Source: Candidatus Levyibacteriota bacterium (lineage in GTDB: Bacteria > Patescibacteriota > Microgenomatia > Levybacterales > UBA12049). Taken from it: a stretch of 45,372 nt of DNA. Below are positions 1 to 8,388 of this stretch, one piece after another. The notes under the pieces are model-generated. The model made no database searches. It was not told the DNA's origin and saw only the letters and a list, made by a program, of their open reading frames with translations. Numbering within the stretch: the first letter of the stretch is position 1; each line of letters opens with the position of its first letter. A program made the position numbers and the translations under genes. The stretch is from NCBI GenBank assembly GCA_043823085.1, contig JBDRBE010000001.1, positions 179,110-224,481 of the forward strand, written 5' to 3'.

Positions 1-1
1 T

Positions 2-784
2 GCAATTTATATTATTAATGATCTTTTTGACGCCGCAAAAGATAGAATCCATCCGTTTAAAAAATTTAGGCCGATAGCTCACAAAGATATATCACAAAAA
101 CAAGCTGTAATTATTGCTGTTCTTCTGACTTTTTTTGCTTTACTCTTTAGTTTAAACATTTCTCCTGCGTTTTTTATATTGGCCCTAACCTATTTTCTCT
201 TGCAGTTTTTTTATTCAATTTCTCTAAAGCATATTGCCATTCTGGATATCATAGTTCTGGCTGTAGGCTATATTTTAAGAGTTTATGGGGGAGAAGTTAT
301 CAGCGGATTTCATATTTCCGCATGGTTACTATTAACCACTATTTCACTTTCGCTATTTCTGGCTGTCGGAAAGAGAAGATCCGAACTAACATTAATTTCC
401 AAGCACGCAGAGGCGCAAATTAAACAAACTAGAAAATCACTTTCTCATTATTCGGAAAAAATTTTAGATGTCTACGCCTCGATTTTTGCCACCTCTACGT
501 TTATTTCCTACACTCTTTTTACCTTTTTGGAAAATCCTTTAGGATTTAAGCTGTCTCTTGGAATTTTGATGCCGGAATTTTTACCGGCATTTTTACAAAG
601 AAAATGGCTTATGCTTACTATTTTCCCTGTTGTTTATGGTCTTATGCGTTATATTCAAGACATTTATGAAAAACATGAGGGAGAAAGTCCGGAAAGAGTT
701 CTACTCTCGGATAAACCGCTTTTAATAAGTGTTTTTATCTGGATAATTTTAGTTGTAGGGATTATCTACTTTATCGGACAATAG
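2..784 (+). CDS. UbiA-family polyprenyl-phosphate phosphoribosyltransferase (decaprenyl-phosphate PRPP transferase / DPPR-synthase-like); 5' end lies outside the window
   Basis: Frame is open from base 2 (AIYIINDLFDAAKDRIHPFKKFRPIA...). This gives the Asp-rich NDxxDxxxDRxHPxKxxRPIA motif, followed by LKHxxxxD, GKRxxEL and a multi-TM C-terminus, as in the Rv3806c-type UbiA branch. The TTG at 179 in the ORF track is internal. Confidence 0.8.
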   Translation, partial: AIYIINDLFDAAKDRIHPFKKFRPIAHKDISQKQAVIIAVLLTFFALLFSLNISPAFFILALTYFLLQFFYSISLKHIAILDIIVLAVGYILRVYGGEVISGFHISAWLLLTTISLSLFLAVGKRRSELTLISKHAEAQIKQTRKSLSHYSEKILDVYASIFATSTFISYTLFTFLENPLGFKLSLGILMPEFLPAFLQRKWLMLTIFPVVYGLMRYIQDIYEKHEGESPERVLLSDKPLLISVFIWIILVVGIIYFIGQ

Positions 785-905
785 ATTTGGATTTCTTGAA
801 GTGTGAAGTTGGATTTTCTTGAACTTGATTTTCTTGATTTCAAGATATCAAGATGTCAAAAATTCAAAATCAAAAATATCAAAAAAGTCTAACTTCAAGA
901 ATATC
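785..905. repeat. Low-complexity direct and inverted repeat block in a convergent intergenic region
   Basis: Three GATTT(T)CTTGA units, a CTTGATTTCAAG palindrome and a run of CAAGAT/CAAAAAT 8-mers. A 10-nt long-range inverted repeat pairs TTCTTGAAGT (793-802) with ACTTCAAGAA (892-901). Confidence 0.6.
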
Positions 906-909
906 TATT

Positions 910-1734
910 TTACTGTTTCTTAGCATACCCACTGCTTATCCAACCAAACGAACCATCGCTCAATTTGATTTTAAACCAGCCTGTTTTTTCATCTACCAGC
1001 TCGAAAATCTCATTGAGATAAACTCTACCCAATTCTGCTGAAGTGATACTCGCCTCCTGACGAATTCTTAAGAATCCGGTCGGAGTTTTAAGAATTATTA
1101 TTTTTTTGCTAATGACAGCCGATGGACTTGCAAGTGGTGTCGGAGAATTTAACGAGGCAAAATTTACTCCCAAAAATACAAGAACTGAAAGTTTATATCC
1201 TAAAACCGTTCGAATACGAATTGTTTTATCGCTGTATCCGCTTTTGGAAAGTTTTAACTCGTGGTCTGACTCGGTCAAATCTTTTGTTGAAAAAGGTGTA
1301 TTGCCAATAGAATTTCCATCTAAAAAAACTTGGGCATTATCCGGAAAAGAAACAACCGAAAGCAAAAGCATTTTTGCATCCTGCAGGGGAGAAAGACTGA
1401 TAATGCTACCCTCTGAAGTGCCGTTTGAAAATGTTCTGTCTACAACCGTCATGATAGATTTTGAAATTGTAATTTTTTCCTCAAAAGGCAGGGAAACGCC
1501 ATCGGCCGGAACTAAACGAATAGTATAATCTCCCTCTTCTAACATCTCGTCTGCACTGCATTTGCAAAGAGGAGTTTGGCCAATTACTTTATCGTCCAAA
1601 TAAACTGTACTTTTGGGAATTGATGTAACCTGCAAAGCTCCTTTGGCAGTGCTTTTGGAAGCATAAATCATAAAAAACAAAATCCCGCCGGCCAAAATTA
1701 TCAAAGGAATAATAAAAAACAATACTTTCTTCAT
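910..1734 (-). CDS. Membrane-anchored PEGA-domain / SH3b-domain protein
   Basis: N-terminal TM helix (MKKVLFFIIPLIILAGGILFFMIYA). Two PEGA-like units (VYLDDKVIGQTPL, VFLDGNSIGNTPF). C-terminal SH3b-like segment (LRIRQEAS...GWFKIKLSDGSFGWISSGY). ATG at 1734 preferred over the upstream TTG at 1761. Confidence 0.6.
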   Translation of the reverse strand: MKKVLFFIIPLIILAGGILFFMIYASKSTAKGALQVTSIPKSTVYLDDKVIGQTPLCKCSADEMLEEGDYTIRLVPADGVSLPFEEKITISKSIMTVVDRTFSNGTSEGSIISLSPLQDAKMLLLSVVSFPDNAQVFLDGNSIGNTPFSTKDLTESDHELKLSKSGYSDKTIRIRTVLGYKLSVLVFLGVNFASLNSPTPLASPSAVISKKIIILKTPTGFLRIRQEASITSAELGRVYLNEIFELVDEKTGWFKIKLSDGSFGWISSGYAKKQ

Positions 1735-1781
1735 TGATCTTTGGATATTAATATACCACAAAAACTGTTAAAATAAGAGGT

Positions 1782-2360
1782 ATGAACAAAGTAAAGGTTT
1801 TAATCGAAGGATATGCACGAGAAATAAAAGGCGGTTGGGTTGCCAGTTCAACTGTAACGTTTATAGAAAGTAACGGTAAAAAAATAATTGCTGATCCGGG
1901 ATGCAATAAAAAAAAATTAGCAGAAGCATTGGAAAAAGAAGGAATAAAAACAGGTGATATTGATTATGTTTTTCTAAGTCATAACCATTCCGATCATGTT
2001 TTTCTTGCAGCACTGTTTGAAAACACAAAACGAGTTGATGAACTTTATATTTATTCCGGTGATATTATCACCGAACATAATGGAATAATCCCCGACACCG
2101 ACCTGAAAATAATTCTTACGCCAGGCCATATGGAAGAACATTGTTCGCTTGTTATCCCTTCTCCGAAAGGAACCTATGTTGTTGCCGGAGACGTTTTTTG
2201 GTGGTATGAGAATGAAAAACAAAAAGTTATTATCGATAAACCAGATAATGATCCCGAACACATGAATCTTCAAAAGTTGATTACTTCTCGCAAAAAGATT
2301 TTAGAAATAGCCGATTATGTAATCCCCGGCCATGGGAAGATGTTTAAGGTGGAAAAATGA
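1782..2360 (+). CDS. MBL-fold metallo-hydrolase
   Basis: HxHxDH motif (LSHNHSDHV), later TPGH and GH His ligands. AAGAGGT Shine-Dalgarno upstream. Confidence 0.75.
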   Translation: MNKVKVLIEGYAREIKGGWVASSTVTFIESNGKKIIADPGCNKKKLAEALEKEGIKTGDIDYVFLSHNHSDHVFLAALFENTKRVDELYIYSGDIITEHNGIIPDTDLKIILTPGHMEEHCSLVIPSPKGTYVVAGDVFWWYENEKQKVIIDKPDNDPEHMNLQKLITSRKKILEIADYVIPGHGKMFKVEK

Positions 2361-3142
2361 TGGATCATTTTGATTTTCTCCAAAAATACATGGATCTCCA
2401 ATATGGCGTTGTGTTTGACAAATTCTTTAATTTAGGATTTGCGCGAATTGGTTATTGCGAAACGGACAAGACTACCTTTTGTAATTATACTTCAACAAAC
2501 CAGATGCTTTCACAAAATCAACTTGAACAGCTCGAGCAAAAAATGATTGCATTAAATCGCCAACCGGCAGTATATTTTGAAAACAAAAAACAATTTAAGC
2601 CTTTTATAACTTTTCTTTTAAAGAACGATTATGAAAAAGATTATGAAGATTCATGGATGTTTTATCAGAATAAAAAGATAGATGCTAACTTTTTTAATCA
2701 GGTGAAAAAGGTTGAAGGTAAAAACGATCTGAAAATTTTTTTAGCCATTTTTGACAAATGTTTTCAAGCTAATGATCCCCAAAATCCCTACGGAAATTTG
2801 GGAGATTATTTAAAAGTTGCCAAAAAGTCATGGCATCGCCATCATAAAACTGATAGGCTTGAATATTTTATAGCTTATAAAGATGATAAACCTGTTGCTA
2901 CGTCAAGCCTCAGTAATTACGGAGGGATTGGTTACATTTCCAATATTGGTTCTCTCCCCGAAGTAAGAGGCGAAGGCTTTGGTAAACTAATGACCTTATA
3001 TTCTATTTATATTTCCCAGCAACATGGAAATTCTGCACACTGTCTTTCGACAGAAGAAAAAAGTTATCCAAATGAATTTTATAAACGAATAGGTTTTCAA
3101 ACAGATTTCACCGCATTGTGTTATAAAAAAACTCCTGCTTGA
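2357..3142 (+). CDS. GNAT-family N-acetyltransferase with an uncharacterised N-terminal half
   Basis: ATGA overlap with the upstream gene. C-terminal acetyl-CoA binding-like motif (PEVRGEGFGKLM) and GNAT-like beta-strand pattern. Confidence 0.55.
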   Translation: MMDHFDFLQKYMDLQYGVVFDKFFNLGFARIGYCETDKTTFCNYTSTNQMLSQNQLEQLEQKMIALNRQPAVYFENKKQFKPFITFLLKNDYEKDYEDSWMFYQNKKIDANFFNQVKKVEGKNDLKIFLAIFDKCFQANDPQNPYGNLGDYLKVAKKSWHRHHKTDRLEYFIAYKDDKPVATSSLSNYGGIGYISNIGSLPEVRGEGFGKLMTLYSIYISQQHGNSAHCLSTEEKSYPNEFYKRIGFQTDFTALCYKKTPA

Positions 3143-3166
3143 CATACATAGAATTTTATGTATAAT
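3139..3166 (+). promoter_or_regulatory. Sigma-70-type promoter with an embedded inverted-repeat operator for the TA operon
   Basis: TTGACA (3139-3144), 16-nt spacer, TATAAT (3161-3166). The spacer holds a perfect palindrome TACATA-N6-TATGTA (3145-3162). ATG lies 10 nt after the -10 box. Confidence 0.5.
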
Positions 3167-3176
3167 AATATGTAAT

Positions 3177-3452
3177 ATGAATATACCTTTGGGAAATATT
3201 GTTTCCGTTTCTGATGTCCAGAGAGACTACCGCAAGGTTTTTGATAAGGCCAAAAAAACAAAAGAGCCGGTGGCTGTTTTTCGTGATAATAAACCCGATG
3301 TAACGATCATCGATTCAAAAGTATTTGAAGAAAGGGAAAAAAGATTAAGAGAATTGGAAATCGAAGATACTCTCCGCACTATCGAAGAAGGCAATAAAGA
3401 ATTTAAAGAAGGCAGAACAATAAAAGCGAAATCTCTCGCTGACTTCATTTAA
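3177..3452 (+). CDS. Type II antitoxin, Phd/YefM family
   Basis: 91 aa. N-terminal Phd/YefM-like pattern (VSVSDVQRDYRKVFDKAKKTKEPVAVFRDNKPDVTIID). Stop overlaps the toxin start (TAATG). Confidence 0.75.
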   Translation: MNIPLGNIVSVSDVQRDYRKVFDKAKKTKEPVAVFRDNKPDVTIIDSKVFEEREKRLRELEIEDTLRTIEEGNKEFKEGRTIKAKSLADFI

Positions 3453-3718
3453 TGATTAAAGTCCACATTGAATATTCTACAAACTTTGTCCGACAATTTA
3501 AAAAATTATCTTCAGATAAAAAGAAACAAGCTGTTAAGGCAGAGCGGATTTTTAAGAAAGATCAATTTGACCCCAAGCTCAAAACCCATAAATTAACAGG
3601 CCGCCTGCAAGGTTTCTGGGCATTTTCAATAAATTATCAAAATAGGATTATATTCAAATTTATGGGCAAAGGAAGAATTTTATTTTACAAAGTTGGCAGT
3701 CACGATATTTATAAATAG
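3452..3718 (+). CDS. Type II toxin, RelE/ParE (YafQ-like) family
   Basis: 88 aa with a THKLTGRLQGFWAFSINYQNRIIFKF...VGSHDIY pattern typical of RelE/YafQ mRNA interferases. Translationally coupled to the antitoxin. Confidence 0.75.
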   Translation: MIKVHIEYSTNFVRQFKKLSSDKKKQAVKAERIFKKDQFDPKLKTHKLTGRLQGFWAFSINYQNRIIFKFMGKGRILFYKVGSHDIYK

Positions 3719-3732
3719 GATAAAATAAATTT

Positions 3733-4350
3733 ATGGCGGAAAATATTTTAGTTTTTGGAGACAGTATTACCTACGGAGCTTGGGATAAAGAGGGCGGATG
3801 GGTTACAAGATTAAGAAGATTTTTACAAGAGCAGTCTTTGAACACTGACGAAGAACAAGGAAGATTAGTTTATAACCTAGGAGTTTCGGGTGATTCAACC
3901 CAAGATTTATTACTAAGATTTGAGTCAGAAGTAAAAACCCGATTAGATGAAGGCATAGAAACAATTATTATCTTTGCCATTGGCTTAAATGATTCTCTAT
4001 TTATAAAAACAGAGAATAAACATAAAGTTTCTCTTTCAAAGTTTGAAGAAAATTTATTAAAACTAATTACATTGGCCAAAAAATATACATCAAAAATAGT
4101 TTTTATCAGATTAACGTCTGTCGATGAAGAAAAAACTGATCCGATTCCATGGGATCCGGTTAAATCTTACAAAAATGAATACATCCAACAATATAATTCC
4201 TTACTTGAAAAAATCTGCAACCAAGAAAAAGTAGATTTTATAAAGATAGAAAAGTTTAGTAATGATTTATTCGAAGACGGTTTACACCCAAATTCAAAAG
4301 GCCACAAAATAATTTTCGAAGCAGTTAAAAATTATTTACTGAAAAAATAA
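3733..4350 (+). CDS. SGNH/GDSL-family hydrolase
   Basis: Block I VFGDSITYG, block III GLNDS, block V DGLHPN. Confidence 0.8.
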   Translation: MAENILVFGDSITYGAWDKEGGWVTRLRRFLQEQSLNTDEEQGRLVYNLGVSGDSTQDLLLRFESEVKTRLDEGIETIIIFAIGLNDSLFIKTENKHKVSLSKFEENLLKLITLAKKYTSKIVFIRLTSVDEEKTDPIPWDPVKSYKNEYIQQYNSLLEKICNQEKVDFIKIEKFSNDLFEDGLHPNSKGHKIIFEAVKNYLLKK

Positions 4351-4360
4351 ATACCACTTA

Positions 4361-4415
4361 TTACACCCCCGAGGTGTAACATTAAAACGTAGCACTTCAA
4401 TAGTTTGAACTATTG
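4361..4415. terminator. Two hairpins between convergent genes (possible bidirectional terminator)
   Basis: TTACACC-CCCGA-GGTGTAA (4361-4379) and CAATAGTT-TG-AACTATTG (4398-4415). No clean U-tract follows either hairpin. Confidence 0.3.
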
Positions 4416-4430
4416 AACTATAAATCATGT

Positions 4431-4863
4431 TTATAATTTCCCTGCGCCAACCCCTGGCAGCTCTAGTCTCTGCAAATCCCAAAAATCGTAAAGAACTGAA
4501 CCTAGATAAAGCATTATTAAACTAAAATCAAAAATGGGAAAACTTCCTATCAAATATTTTACTAAAACAGAGGTCAGCTCTAAAGAAAATCCTATCAGAA
4601 ACATTAAAACGCCTGTAGTCGTATGGGCTAGTAATCTCGATAAATATCTTTTGACAACTATTCTTTCATAAGTAAAAGCAAAATTTCCAAAACAGGCAAT
4701 TACCGCAAAAATACTTACTGCTACAAGAAAACTTCCGCTTGTAGACTTATCAGAGAGAGAGACTTATTGCGTTTAAAGAATTTTGAATTAAAAACCAAGA
4801 AAATAACAAGAAAATTACAATGGCGATATTCTTTATTAAATTTTCAATATAAACTTGTCTCAT
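4431..4863 (-). pseudogene. Multi-TM membrane protein gene split by a frameshift at an (AG)5/(TC)5 tract
   Basis: ATG at 4863 opens a 37-codon ORF (MRQVYIENLIKNIAIVIFLLFSWFLIQNSLNAISLSL) that stops at 4750-4752, inside the repeat. The +1 frame opens exactly there and runs about 107 codons to a TAA at 4431-4433 with further TM segments. Confidence 0.45.
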
Positions 4864-4926
4864 TAAAATCCCCACTTCTAGCCTAGCAGAAAATCCTTTA
4901 AGATTGCAAGATTAAATTTTCCCATC

Positions 4927-4948
4927 AAAAAACCGCGGCTTCCGCGGT
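4927..4948 (-). terminator. Rho-independent terminator of groESL
   Basis: On the minus strand: ACCGCGG-AAG-CCGCGGT stem-loop (4932-4948) followed directly by a T6 run. Confidence 0.7.
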
Positions 4949-4952
4949 AATC

Positions 4953-4986
4953 TTCATTGAAAATTGAAAATTTAAAATTGAAAATT
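4953..4986 (+). repeat. 34-nt heptamer-periodic AT-rich element, copy A (groEL 3' flank, untranslated)
   Basis: TTCATTGAAAATTGAAAATTTAAAATTGAAAATT, identical to 21303-21336. (ATTGAAA)x4 with the third copy ATTTAAA. Confidence 0.85.
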
Positions 4987-4989
4987 TCG

Positions 4990-6651
<1,662 letters not shown>

Positions 6652-6939
6652 TTATTCAACAATTGCTAAAATATCTTTTTGCTCAACTAACATCCACTCT
6701 TGATTGTTAACTTTAACTTCATTTCCGCCCCATTTTTTATACATGACTTTTTGTCCAACTTTTACAATCATGGGCATTAGTTTTCCGTCGTTATTGACTG
6801 CGCCCGAACCAATTGCCATTACTAAACCGATTTGTGGTTTTTCTTTAACAGTATCTGGAAGAACAATTCCGCTTGCGGTTTTTACTTCTGCCTCCAAAGG
6901 TTTAACAAGAACATTATCAAATAGTGGTTTTATATTCAT
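6652..6939 (-). CDS. groES: Co-chaperonin GroES (Cpn10)
   Basis: Conserved start MNIKPLFDNVLVKP at ATG 6939, with AAAGGAA just upstream. The 24-codon extension in the ORF track covers a hairpin and is not GroES-like. Confidence 0.92.
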   Translation of the reverse strand: MNIKPLFDNVLVKPLEAEVKTASGIVLPDTVKEKPQIGLVMAIGSGAVNNDGKLMPMIVKVGQKVMYKKWGGNEVKVNNQEWMLVEQKDILAIVE

Positions 6940-7004
6940 TTCCTTTTTCTGACCCCGATTTAATCGGGGCTGATTATTTTTTGCCGGCATATTTTTGATA
7001 AAAA

Positions 7005-7061
7005 ATATCACTTGTTCAAAGTGACTGCTAATTTATACAATAACTGCTATCTGTTTGTCAA
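7005..7061 (-). promoter_or_regulatory. groESL promoter followed by a degenerate CIRCE-like inverted repeat
   Basis: Minus strand: TTGACA (7061-7056), 18-nt spacer, TATAAA (7037-7032). Then TTAGCAGTC-N9-AAGTGATAT (7031-7005), which matches 14 of 18 arm positions of CIRCE (TTAGCACTC-N9-GAGTGCTAA). Confidence 0.5.
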
Positions 7062-7121
7062 TATCCTATAGTTAAGATTGCTGGTCTTGACATAATTTCT
7101 CTCCTACTATACGATAAATTC

Positions 7122-8387
7122 ATGCATCTTCTTTCGGGGAAGAGATTTGTTTTAATTGGTTTTATCGTCGTTTTGCTTACGGCAATACCTTTTACTGTTT
7201 ATCTGGCACAAAAACAGCAGGAAACAAAAAGCAAAGCCGAAGTCCTTGCAGTACTCTCCCTTCTAGAAGGCGGCGGACAATCATCTCAAGGGTCGCCGAT
7301 TACCAGAGATACCGGACAAAGCCTTGATCTTGATCTTTGGGTTGATCCGGGAAATCAAACAGGTTATGATATTCGAAATTCCGTAGTCTATGTTGGTGTA
7401 ACCATAAAATATGACAGCACAAAACTGGCCTTGAACCCATCGCAACCAGCAATACCATGCGGCGGAGTGGAAAAAGTGCATGATCTTTTCCAACCAATTA
7501 GCCCGCCAAATTGTAGCAATCCGGGCACAGTTACAGCCGCCTGGATAATAACTGACCCAAACAATGCACTTGAAGCTAAGGCTATTATTGCTAAATTTCA
7601 CTTTTTACCGATAGCTCCCACCAGTTCACCAATTGAGATAAGCTTTGATACTAATAACACAACTGTTGCAAGCAAAGTTAAAAATACTAGTCCGGAAAAT
7701 AATTCTTTGCTCTCTGCTAATTCCGCTTGGGTTACAATAAGCGGCGAGGCGCTCACCCCGGCACCGACAGCAGGGGAAGGAACTCCAACTGCAACTCCTG
7801 TTCCCGGCCAAGCAACAAATACTCCTGCTCCAACAGCTGGCACCGGAAATCCTGTTTGTACTGCATTAAACACAGATAGGACACCAAATGGAAACGCTCC
7901 TTTTACTGTATCTTTAACCGCAAACGGTAATGATCCAAATGGAACTATTAGTAAAGTCACTTTTGACTTTGGTGATGGTCCTGTCCAAAATGTAACCCAA
8001 TCAGGCGGAGTGGGAACAAATTCTGTTAGCGTTCAAGTTTCCCATACTTATCAAAATGCGGGAAGTTATAAAGCAACGGCCACATTAACTGATAATAACA
8101 ACCTCTTAAGCGATCCCACAACTTGTACACAAACAATTACTGTTTCTCAAGCCACTCCAACGCAAGCCGGAGGAGGGGGAGGAGGAGCAATATATGTTAC
8201 GGCAACGCCAACAGTTACTCCTTCCGGCGGTGCGGCAACCCCAACTGAAGTTACTGCCACAACTGAAGAAACCGCTGCAACAGCAGTTCCGACCCTAAAA
8301 CCGGGTCCAAATAATAATATTGCCGGAATTGGAATAGCTGGAATAATTACTGCAATTATCGGATCTTTGATCTTTTTGGCACTCTAG
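7122..8387 (+). CDS. Surface protein: N-terminal TM anchor, cohesin-like domain, P/T-rich linkers, PKD domain, C-terminal TM helix
   Basis: PKD-like block (FTVSLTANGNDPNGTISKVTFDFGDGP...YQNAGSYKATATLTDNNN). P/T linkers and a Gly6 run. Hydrophobic N- and C-termini. Confidence 0.6.
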   Translation: MHLLSGKRFVLIGFIVVLLTAIPFTVYLAQKQQETKSKAEVLAVLSLLEGGGQSSQGSPITRDTGQSLDLDLWVDPGNQTGYDIRNSVVYVGVTIKYDSTKLALNPSQPAIPCGGVEKVHDLFQPISPPNCSNPGTVTAAWIITDPNNALEAKAIIAKFHFLPIAPTSSPIEISFDTNNTTVASKVKNTSPENNSLLSANSAWVTISGEALTPAPTAGEGTPTATPVPGQATNTPAPTAGTGNPVCTALNTDRTPNGNAPFTVSLTANGNDPNGTISKVTFDFGDGPVQNVTQSGGVGTNSVSVQVSHTYQNAGSYKATATLTDNNNLLSDPTTCTQTITVSQATPTQAGGGGGGAIYVTATPTVTPSGGAATPTEVTATTEETAATAVPTLKPGPNNNIAGIGIAGIITAIIGSLIFLAL

Positions 8388-8388
8388 T

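Noticed and set aside
853-1528. ORFs 853..1041, 1106..1528 and 1122..1310 on the plus strand
   Set aside because: The first begins in the repetitive intergenic block. All run antisense through the PEGA/SH3 gene, which has clear domain signatures.
6940-7011. 24-codon N-terminal extension of groES in the ORF track (MIFFIKNMPAKNNQPRLNRGQKKE)
   Set aside because: The conserved GroES start MNIKPL has its own AGGAA site. The extension spans a GC-rich hairpin and abuts the CIRCE-like element, so it is 5' leader, not coding sequence.
7281-7960. Minus-strand ORFs inside the cohesin/PKD surface protein gene
   Set aside because: They lie antisense to a gene with recognisable PKD sequence. Their open frames are a by-product of the GC- and P/T-rich codon composition.
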